Source: a virus
Virus record (IMG/VR): IMGVR_UViG_3300036045_000007
Length of the DNA: 64,000 bases
Strand: one strand, 5' to 3'
Part shown: one piece after another, positions 9,731-19,366 of the stretch
Position numbering within the stretch: position 1 is the first letter of the stretch
Layout: the number at the start of each line of letters is the position of its first letter
Position numbers and translations under genes: made by a program
The notes under the pieces: generated by a model
Database searches by the model: none
What the model was told of the DNA's origin: nothing
The model's input: only the letters and a program-made list of their open reading frames with translations

Positions 9731-10327
9731 GTGTACCGCTTCGATCCCGGCTCGACCGATGTGACCATCTACTTCAAGCTCCGCAGCGACACTACGGGGT
9801 TGCCGGTCACTGGTCTGGCATTCAACTCGGCAGGAGCAAACGCATCATATACCCGCAAGGGCGCGTCTGCCGCGTCGATCACTCTGGCCACGCTCGCCGC
9901 TGCAAACTCCGCTCACAGCGACGGCGGATTCAAGGAAGTGGATGCGACCTTGGCGCCCGGACTCTACCGCCTCGATCTTCCAGATGCCGCGTGTGCCTCC
10001 GGAGTTCCATTCGTTGTCGCGTCGATCAAGTTCAGCGGCGTCATCGCCGAGAGTGTACTTGTCCGTCTCGATCCGAACCTCAGTTCGACGGGTGCAGGTG
10101 CGGTATCGACGACCATCACGGTGAAATCATCGGTCGGCGGCACGCCGATCCAGGGTGCCGAAGTGTGGGTGACGACTGACTCTGTCGGGACGAACGTGAT
10201 CGCTGGAACTCTGACCACGAACAACTTCGGCCAGGTGACGTTCTTCCTCGACCCTGGAACCTACTATGTCTGGATCGCGGCGCCCGACTATACTGAGCCC
10301 AACCCAACGACCATCGTGGTAACGTGA
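9731..10327 (+). CDS. hypothetical virion protein with C-terminal Ig/carboxypeptidase-regulatory-like beta-sandwich
   Basis: GTG start is preceded by TAGGAGA. The C-terminus (GAEVWVTTDSVGTNVIAGTLTTNNFGQVTFFLDPGTYYVWIAAPDY) has the CarboxypepD_reg-like pattern. Confidence 0.5.
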   Translation: MYRFDPGSTDVTIYFKLRSDTTGLPVTGLAFNSAGANASYTRKGASAASITLATLAAANSAHSDGGFKEVDATLAPGLYRLDLPDAACASGVPFVVASIKFSGVIAESVLVRLDPNLSSTGAGAVSTTITVKSSVGGTPIQGAEVWVTTDSVGTNVIAGTLTTNNFGQVTFFLDPGTYYVWIAAPDYTEPNPTTIVVT

Positions 10328-10328
10328 G

Positions 10329-11558
10329 ATGGCGAACTTCGACATCATCCTGACGCCCGAAACTGCACCGTCAACGCTGACGGTCATTCCGCACACCAGG
10401 CGAACGACCTTCTACGATATGGTCGAGTACATGCGTCTGCACGCCGGGGCTGCGGTCGGTGCCGAGCATGACAACATCAGCAAGAAGGCGATCTTCGCCG
10501 CGCTCCGTGAGTTGACCAACTGCCATCTTTGGAGTTACTTCTACAAGTGGGGACGGATCAACACTGTCGCTCCGCAAAACACCGGGACCATCGCAGTCGA
10601 TGTCGAGGGCGGTGCATTCCCGAACCTCGTGACTCTTACCGGCAGCACATGGCCTACCTGGTCATCCTTTGGGCATCTGCGTATCGGCGAAGTCGTCTAC
10701 AGCGTCAAAGACCGCGTGGACGCAACCCGAATCACTCTCGACGCTGAGAGGGCGCCAGCGGCGGACATCGCGTCTGGCACGAGCTACACCCTCTATCGAG
10801 ACACGTACACGTTGCCCGGCGACTTCATCAGCAACGACAACGCGATCAACGAATCCAGTTGGGGCGACTTGGAGTACGTGCGTCCCACCGACTGGCTGCG
10901 TGCGACCAGGTACTACCAGTCGTCCTCGACCAGTCCGCGATGGTTTACGATCACCGGCGATCCTGACGTTGCGAATCGGCTGGCGTTGCGAGTGTTCCCT
11001 TATCCCGATTCGGCCAAAACCATCGACTTCCTATACAAGCGGCAACCACGAGAAGTCAACGTCGTCGAGGCGAAGGATGGCACGGTGAGCGTCAGTTCGC
11101 TTTCGACGCCGCAGACGGTGACTGGAACCGGCACGGCGTTCACCGCCAACATGGTGGGCTCCGTGATCCGCTTCTCTGCCCAGGGTGAAACGAATCATCC
11201 GACGAGCCTGACTGGTGCGTACCCGAACGTGATGGAACGCAACATCATCGCCGTGACCAACTCGACGACGTTGACTCTCGACGACGCCGCGAGCGAAACG
11301 ATTACTGGCGGGAAGTACCGGATCAGCGACCCCATCGACATCGACGACCAGATCATGTCTGAGGCGTTCTTCCGGTGTTGCGAGAAGAACTATGGATTCA
11401 TGCGGTCGATGAAGAACGTGGGCGAGCGGGAAGCGGCCTACGTGCTGGCGATGCGTAAAGCCAAGGAATCCGATCAGCGCGTGTTCGCCGAGCGCGTGGC
11501 CGGTGCAGGTGGAACCTACCGGCAACCGCTCTCCGACATGCCGATCAACTTCGGGTGA
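10329..11558 (+). CDS. hypothetical virion structural protein (409 aa)
   Basis: Long ORF in the tail/neck region, starting 2 nt after the upstream stop. Confidence 0.5.
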   Translation: MANFDIILTPETAPSTLTVIPHTRRTTFYDMVEYMRLHAGAAVGAEHDNISKKAIFAALRELTNCHLWSYFYKWGRINTVAPQNTGTIAVDVEGGAFPNLVTLTGSTWPTWSSFGHLRIGEVVYSVKDRVDATRITLDAERAPAADIASGTSYTLYRDTYTLPGDFISNDNAINESSWGDLEYVRPTDWLRATRYYQSSSTSPRWFTITGDPDVANRLALRVFPYPDSAKTIDFLYKRQPREVNVVEAKDGTVSVSSLSTPQTVTGTGTAFTANMVGSVIRFSAQGETNHPTSLTGAYPNVMERNIIAVTNSTTLTLDDAASETITGGKYRISDPIDIDDQIMSEAFFRCCEKNYGFMRSMKNVGEREAAYVLAMRKAKESDQRVFAERVAGAGGTYRQPLSDMPINFG

Positions 11559-11561
11559 TAG

Positions 11562-11738
11562 ATGGCTGAACCGGCAGACGGAATTGAGATGCGGGACTTC
11601 CCCGGCCTGGTCAAAAACACCGAGCCGAGGGACGTGCCTCCAGGTGGAGCGGAAGAGCAGATCAACGCCTGCTCGTTGGTCGTCGGCGAGCTGACGGTCA
11701 GGCATGGTTATAGAATGGTGCAGTTTGATGACGCTTAG
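11562..11738 (+). CDS. possible small ORF (58 aa)
   Basis: Below the track cutoff: MAEPADGIEMRDFPGLVKNTEPRDVPPGGAEEQINACSLVVGELTVRHGYRMVQFDDA. Starts 4 nt after the upstream stop, with no obvious SD. Confidence 0.25.
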   Translation: MAEPADGIEMRDFPGLVKNTEPRDVPPGGAEEQINACSLVVGELTVRHGYRMVQFDDA

Positions 11739-11758
11739 GTGTTCGGAGGAGTCACCGG

Positions 11759-12292
11759 ATGAGCGACAGCTACCTTGGTCTTGTCTCACTCAGCACTGCG
11801 TTGCGTGCTTCGTTCGTTACGCGAGACGGATCGAACACGCCCAAAGACGCCACGATCGCGCCAGGCTTCCGCATCTACGGGCCGAGCGGTGTGATGAACA
11901 ACGGCACCGGCACGCTCAGTTTCAAAGACCCGAGTTCATCTGGCGGCGCGATCACCGGGGCGACGAATGCTTCACCCATCGTCATCACCAGTGCGAACCA
12001 CAAACTGAGCACCGGCACGCGCGTCACTATCGCTGGCGTGGGCGGAAACACAGCGGCGAACGGTGACTTTCAGGTCACGGCCATCGACGCTAACACGTTC
12101 AGCCTCAATGGAAGCACAGGCAACGGAGCGTACACCAGCGGCGGCACATGGCACACGACCGGGCTCTATGACATCAACTACACGCCCACCGGCACCAACG
12201 GTTTCGCAGCCGGTCAGAACTATTCGATGCTCGTTACGTTCGTGGTCAGCGGAGTAACCAAGGCTGACATCCTGACCTTCACGGTGGTATGA
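11759..12292 (+). CDS. hypothetical virion protein (177 aa)
   Basis: SD GGAGGAG precedes ATG 11759. Fibre-like segment ITGATNASPIVITSANHKLSTGTRVTIAGVGGNTAANGDFQVTAIDANTFSLNGS. Confidence 0.5.
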   Translation: MSDSYLGLVSLSTALRASFVTRDGSNTPKDATIAPGFRIYGPSGVMNNGTGTLSFKDPSSSGGAITGATNASPIVITSANHKLSTGTRVTIAGVGGNTAANGDFQVTAIDANTFSLNGSTGNGAYTSGGTWHTTGLYDINYTPTGTNGFAAGQNYSMLVTFVVSGVTKADILTFTVV

Positions 12293-12912
12293 TGGCGCGG
12301 AAACTGGCTCAGTACAGCGAGATTCATTCGGAGTTGAAGTCGGGAGACGTGATCGCGTTTGGCGGCAAGGGCCAGCTCTCTCACTGGATCAAGCTCTTCA
12401 CGAAGTCGCCGGTGTCGCACGTTGCCGTCGTCTTCGAGTCGAACCTCATGGTTCCTCGACAGATGGACGGATTCGGCGTTCCCGACGACACGCTCAACTG
12501 GCTTTGTGAGAGCACAACGGGCGGCGTCCAGTTTCGGCGGGTTAGCCAGGTTGTCATGGACTATGACGGCGACGTGTGGGTTTTGCCGTTGAGCGATGCG
12601 GCGCGGGCTGGCATGGACCTGGATGCTTTTCACGTCTTCCTGCTGACCCACAAGGGCAAGCCATACGACGACGTGCAGTTGACCATGTTCCCGCTCGGCA
12701 CCAACCGAGAAGACTTCCGGGCATTCTTTTGCTCAGAGCTTGTCGCCGGAGCGCACGAGGCCGGTAAAGTTGTGCCAGAGCTGAACGCATCGAACACTGG
12801 ACCGATTGACATTTGCCGGTTCAGCATCTACAAGCCGGACTACTATCAGTTGAAGGGCGACATCGACATCCCTGGCTACAACACGACATTCGCAGGCGGG
12901 TGGGGAACGTGA
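12289..12912 (+). CDS. permuted papain-fold (NlpC/P60-like, YiiX/C92-type) cysteine peptidase
   Basis: His motif SPVSHVAVVF comes before Cys motif FFCSELVAGAH, the circularly permuted order of YiiX/YaeF-type enzymes. ATGA coupling to the upstream gene. Sits inside the virion module. Confidence 0.6.
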   Translation: MMARKLAQYSEIHSELKSGDVIAFGGKGQLSHWIKLFTKSPVSHVAVVFESNLMVPRQMDGFGVPDDTLNWLCESTTGGVQFRRVSQVVMDYDGDVWVLPLSDAARAGMDLDAFHVFLLTHKGKPYDDVQLTMFPLGTNREDFRAFFCSELVAGAHEAGKVVPELNASNTGPIDICRFSIYKPDYYQLKGDIDIPGYNTTFAGGWGT

Positions 12913-13334
12913 GTTACCGTGGGCGTTACAAGCTCGGCGATCATGTCCCCTTGTTGTTGCTGACAAGGAGTGCCAGCGGTACGCCCACGCTTCCGCTCGA
13001 CGTTCCATACGCCAAGGTGTGGGACAACACCGGCACGCTTGTCCATAACTTCTTCATGCCCATCGCTGATCGGTTCGCGGTGACTGGACTTTTCACCCAC
13101 AACATGCGGCTCGGCGGTCGATTCCCGACCCTGGGTATGTATCGCGTGGTTTACTTCTACAATCTAAGTGGAAGCTATCACGGCACCGACGAGGACACGT
13201 TCGAGCTGATCGCCGGCGGAGACAATGACGGCACCGTGATTTCGGATTATTTTTACAACAGGCCATTCGCCAGCTTCGTCGTGCAGCAGCTCGACTCGGG
13301 CAAGCTGGTCAGCGGTCGTAATCCAAGGATTTAG
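12909..13334 (+). CDS. hypothetical protein (141 aa)
   Basis: GTG 12909 overlaps the upstream stop (GTGA). Track ORF 12813..13334 was trimmed to this start. Confidence 0.45.
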   Translation: MSYRGRYKLGDHVPLLLLTRSASGTPTLPLDVPYAKVWDNTGTLVHNFFMPIADRFAVTGLFTHNMRLGGRFPTLGMYRVVYFYNLSGSYHGTDEDTFELIAGGDNDGTVISDYFYNRPFASFVVQQLDSGKLVSGRNPRI

Positions 13335-13336
13335 CC

Positions 13337-13888
13337 ATGAAGCGAATGGACTCCGGGCTATTGGTTTCCGATTTCTCGGACGTGCTCAGCCTCTTGCAAC
13401 AACGCGGACGTTTCAAGTGGGAGTGCTTCAACCCTGACGGCTCATTGGCCTGGAAGGACGAGCACAAGAACGGTGCCACGACGAGCGGTCTGAACGACTT
13501 CCTCAACACGTACTTCGACAACTCGACCGCGAAGAAGAACACGTGGTACTTGGGATTGATCGACAACAGCGGCTTCACCAGCCTGAGTTCATCGGACACG
13601 ATGAGCAGTCATACCGGCTGGACCGAGCTGACATCGTACTCGGAAGGCACGCGACCGCAGTGGACACCAGCAGCGGCGGCGGGCGGTTCGATAACGAATT
13701 CCTCGACGGTGAACTTCACGATCAATGCGACCGTCGCCGTCAAGGGCGCATTCATCGTGTCGAACAACACGAAGGGCGGCACAACCGGCCAGCTCTTCGC
13801 AACTGGTCTGCTGTCCTCGTTGCAAAACCTGACGAATGGTCAGGTGCTCAAGCTGACGTACACCTGCCCACTGACGCCGACAAGCTGA
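13337..13888 (+). CDS. hypothetical virion protein (183 aa)
   Basis: ATG lies 3 nt after the upstream stop. Asn/Thr/Ser-rich. Confidence 0.5.
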   Translation: MKRMDSGLLVSDFSDVLSLLQQRGRFKWECFNPDGSLAWKDEHKNGATTSGLNDFLNTYFDNSTAKKNTWYLGLIDNSGFTSLSSSDTMSSHTGWTELTSYSEGTRPQWTPAAAAGGSITNSSTVNFTINATVAVKGAFIVSNNTKGGTTGQLFATGLLSSLQNLTNGQVLKLTYTCPLTPTS

Positions 13889-13907
13889 TCCAAATTCGGG
13901 AGCCGAC

Positions 13908-14105
13908 ATGGACGAGAGTTTTTCGTCGGCCATCGAAGTGGGCAGCACCATCGCAGAGCAGGGTCAGCAGGTGCTATCCGCTATCCAGGTCGGCTCGACG
14001 TTCAACGTGCAAGACCCATTCGAGCAGATCAGCTCGCCGATCAAGGTCGGGGCCAAGTTCGACGGCACAAGTGGCGTTCTTGCTGGTGGCAGGTATCGCT
14101 ATTAA
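13908..14105 (+). CDS. small protein (65 aa) made only of SxAIxVGSTF-type repeats, ends RYRY
   Basis: SD GGGAG precedes the ATG. Sequence FSSAIEVGST..LSAIQVGSTF..ISSPIKVGAKFDGTSGVLAGGRYRY matches the C-terminal module of the LamG protein (5233..6414). Confidence 0.5.
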   Translation: MDESFSSAIEVGSTIAEQGQQVLSAIQVGSTFNVQDPFEQISSPIKVGAKFDGTSGVLAGGRYRY

Positions 14106-14168
14106 AAAAGATGGGAGCCTTCAGCACTCGCGACCGAAGGCCCCCGCGTGCGGAGGTCGGAGGGTATT

Positions 14169-16190
14169 ATGCCAAACTCCTTCGCGGAAAGCCAGAGTGG
14201 TCTGCTGCTGATCGTCAGCGGCTTTGATCCCGTGCTGCGCTGGGACGGTCTCAAGCCGAGCGCCGAAGTCGCCGGGATGTCGGCTCCGACCGTCGCTCCG
14301 ACCATTGCTGCCAGCGGGACCGGCACCATCAACGGTTCCTACACAGCCTACCTGCGATTCGTCGATGATCTTGGCAACGTCTCGAACCTGTCGCCGATCT
14401 CGAACACACTGACGGCCACGCTCGCCAGCACGATCACGTACACCAACGTCCAAATCCCCACCGATCCGAAGGTGAAGCGACGGCAGCTCCTTCGTTCGAC
14501 CGCTGGCCAGGCGGCGACCTACTACGTGGACGTTGATTCGACGGACATCACGGCGACGACGTTCCAGAGCACCAAGACCGACTCGCAGCTCAACGTCGGC
14601 GAGGCAGTTCCCATCCTCGACCCATCGGATAACTCGATCTTCGCAAACCGGCACAATCCGCCGCCCAACTACAAGATTGCCATTGTCAATCACCTGGGCC
14701 GCATGTTTATGGCTGGGGAGCTGGACTATACCCAAGGCTCGTGCAAGGTGACGTTCGGCTCGGCGACGGTCCAGGGCGTTGGCACGGAATGGCTCAATGC
14801 GCTGGTTGGCCGGTTGATCTATGTTGTCGGAGCAAGGCAGTCGTATCAGATCGCAACCATTGACGAGACGAATCAGACCCTGACGCTGACAGAGGTCTAC
14901 CAGGATGCAACGGATTACTTGGCGCCCTACGCCATTCGCCCGGCGCCAGCAGAGCGCAAGCTCGTTTACTATTCCGAGGCGGGTCTGCCTGAGAGCTGGC
15001 CACCGACCAACGCGCTGTCCGTGCAGGACGACGGCGACGAGATCACCGGGCTCATGGTGAAGGGTAGCTTCGTCTACATCGTCGAGCGGCGCCACGTGTA
15101 CCGCTTCACGTTTCAGGAAGACCCGGCGCTCGACGGCTTCCTCTTTCTCTCGTCGAAGCGGGGCTGTTTGAATCCTCGCTCCTTCGTCGTCGTCGAGGAC
15201 ATCGCCTACATGCTCGATGAGCAGGGCATCCATGCGTTCAGCGGCGCCGACGACAAACCGATCAGTACCACGATCCAAGACGTGTTCCGCCCGAGCGACT
15301 CACCGTACCGGATCAACTGGAAGGAGAAACGCTTCTTCCACTGTTGTCACTTCCCGCAGCAAGAGACGATTCGCTGGTACGTGTCGATGGCCGGTGATTA
15401 CCTCCCGCAGCACGCCATCGCGTACAACTATCGGCTCGAACGCTGGTGGATCGAAGAGTATTCGAGGCCGATTGGCAGCTCATGCACCGGGTTGTACCTC
15501 GGCCAGCAGCAAGTCTTCCTGGGAAGCGACGGGCGATCCGTCATGGCACTGTGGCAAGGCTTGCTCGACGGTCCCCAAGAGGAAGGTGCGACCGTTCGCG
15601 GCACGGTCACATCGTGCGGTCTGACTTCGATCACCGATGCGACGGCGACCTTTCCATCAACCGGCGTCGTCAACAATCCGGTCGTGATCGCGGAGGGGCG
15701 TGGCGCCGGTCAGCGCCGCAACGTGTCGAGTGTCAGCGGGCAAACGATCTACGTCGATGAACCGTGGCTGATCCTGCCGGACACAACGAGCGTCTACCAG
15801 CTCGGCGGTATCCAATGGCACTATACCTCAGCGTGGTTCCGCTTCGTTCTGAGCGAGCAGTACATCGAACGCCGCGTGGCTACGCTGGTGGAGCCGACGC
15901 TGAACGACGCACGCATGACGTTGCAAGTCTTCGTTGACTTCGCGAACACGCCGATCAGTTGGCAGGCGAGCATGACAAGCGAAGAAGGCGGCGGCGTACA
16001 GAGCACTGCGGGCGGCACGGACTTGCTGATCGACATGAAGAAGACGAGCGGTTACGCACAAAAGCGAATGGCTGGCAACCGCGAGTTCTTCACTGACGGG
16101 CCCCGCTACACACAGCTCAAGCTCTCTGGTGTCACGAGCAGGGATGCACAGCGGGTGTATTTCGTGGCGTTCGATGCGGTGACTCAGTAA
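14169..16190 (+). CDS. large virion structural protein (673 aa), possible tail/nozzle beta-propeller
   Basis: SD GGAGGG precedes ATG 14169 (track start 14148 trimmed). Beta-rich repetitive composition. Function inferred from position only. Confidence 0.5.
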   Translation: MPNSFAESQSGLLLIVSGFDPVLRWDGLKPSAEVAGMSAPTVAPTIAASGTGTINGSYTAYLRFVDDLGNVSNLSPISNTLTATLASTITYTNVQIPTDPKVKRRQLLRSTAGQAATYYVDVDSTDITATTFQSTKTDSQLNVGEAVPILDPSDNSIFANRHNPPPNYKIAIVNHLGRMFMAGELDYTQGSCKVTFGSATVQGVGTEWLNALVGRLIYVVGARQSYQIATIDETNQTLTLTEVYQDATDYLAPYAIRPAPAERKLVYYSEAGLPESWPPTNALSVQDDGDEITGLMVKGSFVYIVERRHVYRFTFQEDPALDGFLFLSSKRGCLNPRSFVVVEDIAYMLDEQGIHAFSGADDKPISTTIQDVFRPSDSPYRINWKEKRFFHCCHFPQQETIRWYVSMAGDYLPQHAIAYNYRLERWWIEEYSRPIGSSCTGLYLGQQQVFLGSDGRSVMALWQGLLDGPQEEGATVRGTVTSCGLTSITDATATFPSTGVVNNPVVIAEGRGAGQRRNVSSVSGQTIYVDEPWLILPDTTSVYQLGGIQWHYTSAWFRFVLSEQYIERRVATLVEPTLNDARMTLQVFVDFANTPISWQASMTSEEGGGVQSTAGGTDLLIDMKKTSGYAQKRMAGNREFFTDGPRYTQLKLSGVTSRDAQRVYFVAFDAVTQ

Positions 16191-16667
16191 GTGGGTATCT
16201 TCGGCAACCAATCACTGCGGCTGCTCCGCGAGACGTGGAAGACCACGAACTTGCTCGCCGAGGAACTCTACGCGATCCTCAATTCAGACGGGCCATTCAC
16301 CATCGACGGGCAGGTCATCATCAACTTGCCGCCCGGACATCCGGGGCCCGGCATCATCATCAACATGGGCGACAGTCCGGGCACGTCGGTCGTCATTCAC
16401 CGACCAGACGGGGACACCGATCTGGAAGATGATGATGATGGAGGAGGTGGCGGGGGTGGAGGTGGTGGAGGCAGCGCGACCGGCGTGGCCATTGGGACGG
16501 TGCAAAGTGGCAGCGGCTCCACGTACATCTTCGAGCTTCAAGGTGGCGGCACGGCCACGGCGACGGTGGTTGGGATCGATCAAAGCGAGGAGCTGCCGGA
16601 GGGGACGCCAGGCATCATCGTCACCGTTGGTAGCAATAACTTCGCCTACGTCGCACTTTGGAATTGA
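16191..16667 (+). CDS. hypothetical protein with Asp4-Gly11 tract
   Basis: GTG start directly after the upstream stop. Contains LEDDDDGGGGGGGGGGGSATG. Confidence 0.45.
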   Translation: MGIFGNQSLRLLRETWKTTNLLAEELYAILNSDGPFTIDGQVIINLPPGHPGPGIIINMGDSPGTSVVIHRPDGDTDLEDDDDGGGGGGGGGGGSATGVAIGTVQSGSGSTYIFELQGGGTATATVVGIDQSEELPEGTPGIIVTVGSNNFAYVALWN

Positions 16668-17687
16668 ATGGCTGGCATCCCACCAAGACGCGGGCGGGCG
16701 ATGAGCCTGCCAGGTTTCCAGTGCGACTCAGGCCCGCAGTACGTCCACACGGTTCCGCCGCCAACCAACTCGGGAACCGTGGTGTATGGCCAGATGATAC
16801 CCACCGATCCTTGGATGGGGCTGGGTCTGAAGGTTGCTGATCGGTTGCGCTATCCCATCCTTTGGACCCAAGGATCGATTAACAGCTTCTACAATTATGA
16901 CCTCGAAACAGGGCTCGGCAACTTTCCCGGCTTCTACTATCGGCCATCGGCGAAGACGTTCTGCACGCAGGGGTTCTCGATCAGGACTCCCCGCATCGTC
17001 ATGTTCGATGCTTTCCCCTCGGGCGGTATCAACAAAAACTCCGATCAGCTTTACCAGGAATTCATCGATGGGAACGCGGAGTTTTGGGATGAGCATGGCA
17101 TCGATTGCTACGTCTACTACCCACCAGACTTCGGCCTGATTGGACCGTTCGGGCACTTTCACGGCTTCGGCAACTCCTACGTGAAATTTGAAAAGACATT
17201 CCAGCTTGGCAACTTCACTATTCCAGTGCAGCGGCTGCGCGTCGTGATCGAACCGGAGCTGTCCATCGGCGCCGAGCTATGCCATATCGTCATGCGCACC
17301 TTCGACACCAGTTATGGGCAAATTCTCGCCCAGGAAAACTTCGGCTATCCGTTCGCGCCGTGGCCGGAATTGCAGGCTTGGGATGTCGCAGTCAACCAGG
17401 CGACCTACGAACGCTTCGGGCGATTCAGCGGCAAGGTGATTCACTACGCCTTTGAGCAAGACCTTCAGCCGGGTCAGCAGGGCTTTTACGACAAGCAGTA
17501 TGAGAAGTGGAGCGAAATCTACACGAGCATGACCTCTCAGCTTGCCGCTTACGGGTGGACGCTGCTTCAGCCGGGGGCGATCAAGGCCAGCCAGATCGCT
17601 GGCTTTAACGAAGGGCCGGACCCAGTAATGGCTGCGACCATTAGCGGCCTGTTGCCCTATATCAAGACCAGCTTCGGGATCGCGTAA
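16668..17687 (+). CDS. hypothetical protein (339 aa)
   Basis: ATG directly after the upstream stop. Aromatic-rich, globular composition. Confidence 0.5.
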   Translation: MAGIPPRRGRAMSLPGFQCDSGPQYVHTVPPPTNSGTVVYGQMIPTDPWMGLGLKVADRLRYPILWTQGSINSFYNYDLETGLGNFPGFYYRPSAKTFCTQGFSIRTPRIVMFDAFPSGGINKNSDQLYQEFIDGNAEFWDEHGIDCYVYYPPDFGLIGPFGHFHGFGNSYVKFEKTFQLGNFTIPVQRLRVVIEPELSIGAELCHIVMRTFDTSYGQILAQENFGYPFAPWPELQAWDVAVNQATYERFGRFSGKVIHYAFEQDLQPGQQGFYDKQYEKWSEIYTSMTSQLAAYGWTLLQPGAIKASQIAGFNEGPDPVMAATISGLLPYIKTSFGIA

Positions 17688-17746
17688 CGCGGCTGCGCTC
17701 GATATAATGCCACGGTCCCAATTCCGCCGAATGGCAGGAGGCCGTG

Positions 17747-18355
17747 ATGAATGTATTTCCGTGGCAGGCATCTCAGCTTGCGATGCAGAACCAGGGCGGC
17801 AGTTATGACATGCTCGCCAAGCAAAACCAGTGGAAGAATCAGGCACTGGATAAGCAGATCGCAGCGCAACAAGCGCCGCTGAACTGGGAGAAGGAAAAGT
17901 TCAACACGATCTGGCCTTGGCTTCAGGGGCAATGGGGCAAAGGCACAGGCGGTATGGGGCAGGGCCCGGCGGCGCCGCAGCTTCCCAGCTCGACCGTCTA
18001 TTCTCCGCAGATGCAGCAGGAGATGATTAACAGCGCGATCGGCCAGAGCCAGGGCCAGTCGGCAACGAACATCGCCAACATGCAGCAGCAGCTCGCGGGC
18101 AAAGGCTTCGCGGCCAACTCGCCGTTGGCACAGGCATTGGCCGGTCAGCAGCAGGCGGCGGCGATGGCCCAGGGCGCACAGATTCAGAGCCAGATTCCAC
18201 AGCAGGTCGCTCAAGCGAACGCGCAGCAGGGCTTGGCGGTCGGCGGGCTGGCCAACCAACTCTACGGCCAGCAAATCTCTCAATATCTTGGGCAGTTGCA
18301 GAATCAGACTTCGCAGCAGAACGCCATGCTCGCTGCGCTGGCTGGCATGATCTGA
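17747..18355 (+). CDS. Gln-rich protein (202 aa), possible internal/ejection protein
   Basis: SD AGGAGG at 17735-17740 lies 6 nt before ATG 17747. Low-complexity Q/A/G-rich sequence. Confidence 0.5.
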   Translation: MNVFPWQASQLAMQNQGGSYDMLAKQNQWKNQALDKQIAAQQAPLNWEKEKFNTIWPWLQGQWGKGTGGMGQGPAAPQLPSSTVYSPQMQQEMINSAIGQSQGQSATNIANMQQQLAGKGFAANSPLAQALAGQQQAAAMAQGAQIQSQIPQQVAQANAQQGLAVGGLANQLYGQQISQYLGQLQNQTSQQNAMLAALAGMI

Positions 18356-18374
18356 TCTAAAGGAGTAGACTCGA

Positions 18375-19364
18375 ATGCCACTCGGAAACTACGGCAGTCC
18401 GTTCGTTCAGGATATTATGAACGGGCCCAATCTCACCCGGACGGCGTTCATGCCGCAGACTGGCGTCGGCTATCAGACGATGAGCCAGCAGTCGAACATG
18501 CTTCCGTCCAACGTGCAGCGAGACCTCGATCTGCAACGAATGGCGTTGCAGTTCGCACAGGCCGGGCCGTCAGGCATGGCTCCCCAGGGCGCAATGCCTG
18601 GTGGACGAGAAGACCTGATCGCGCAGCAAGCGTTCGCCACGCGGCAGAATCCGATGGCCCAGGCGATGATGGCGTACAACCAGCTCCAAGAGCAACAGCG
18701 ACAATCGGAGCTTGGTCGTGCTGGCCTGGGCATCCAGCAGCAGGCCGAGAACCGCCTTGGCCGTGAATCGCAATACCGTCAAGACCCTCGGCGGATCATG
18801 GAGGGGATCATCGGCTCGATGGTCCAAGGCCGGGCGGCAAGCGGGCAACCGATCAACGCCGAGTTTCTACAAGGCATCCCGGTCGAGCGAATCCGCTCAT
18901 TGACGGACGCCCTGAATCCAGCTTCGGGTCAAGGCCAGTCGCCGTTCGGCAGTGCATTGGCCTCTGGCGGATTAGTCACCCCGAACCTGTCGGCATTGGG
19001 GGCGCCTGCGCCGACCGGGGCGATCGCGCCGCTCTCCCCGCAAGAGCGGCTGCACTCGATGATCCAAGAGATTCAGACGGGCGGTCGGAATATCGTGGCG
19101 CTGGTGAACGCTCAGGCTCGTGATCCTGAGACGTTCGCCGGCAACCTCGGACAGATGGTCCGACAGTTGCCGCCGACCGAGCAAAGCAGGCTGGCGAACG
19201 AGGCGTACTTCCCGGCGCGGCGACTGTTCAGCGCGCACACGCCGGAAGAGAATCTGGCGAGCATGTTCCGTAACCTGCCCCCCGACCAGCTCGAACAAAT
19301 TCTCGGGGCGCGGCCTGGTCGTGGCATCTTCCAAAAGGGCTTGGACGTGATGGGCTGGAATTAA
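18375..19364 (+). CDS. Gln/Ala/Pro-rich protein (329 aa)
   Basis: SD AAAGGAG precedes ATG 18375. Confidence 0.5.
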   Translation: MPLGNYGSPFVQDIMNGPNLTRTAFMPQTGVGYQTMSQQSNMLPSNVQRDLDLQRMALQFAQAGPSGMAPQGAMPGGREDLIAQQAFATRQNPMAQAMMAYNQLQEQQRQSELGRAGLGIQQQAENRLGRESQYRQDPRRIMEGIIGSMVQGRAASGQPINAEFLQGIPVERIRSLTDALNPASGQGQSPFGSALASGGLVTPNLSALGAPAPTGAIAPLSPQERLHSMIQEIQTGGRNIVALVNAQARDPETFAGNLGQMVRQLPPTEQSRLANEAYFPARRLFSAHTPEENLASMFRNLPPDQLEQILGARPGRGIFQKGLDVMGWN

Positions 19365-19366
19365 AG

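Noticed and set aside
5233-14105. Diversity-generating retroelement acting on the fibre/LamG genes
   Set aside because: I found no reverse transcriptase in the window and no template/variable repeat pair with adenine-specific differences.
14121-15278. 385-aa minus-strand ORF, and similar antisense ORFs at 1859-2719, 8022-8645, 29532-30479, 48134-49282 and 59187-60284
   Set aside because: All lie opposite longer ORFs that have SD sites, operon coupling or recognisable motifs. Their compositions are biased to Arg, Leu, Pro and Val.
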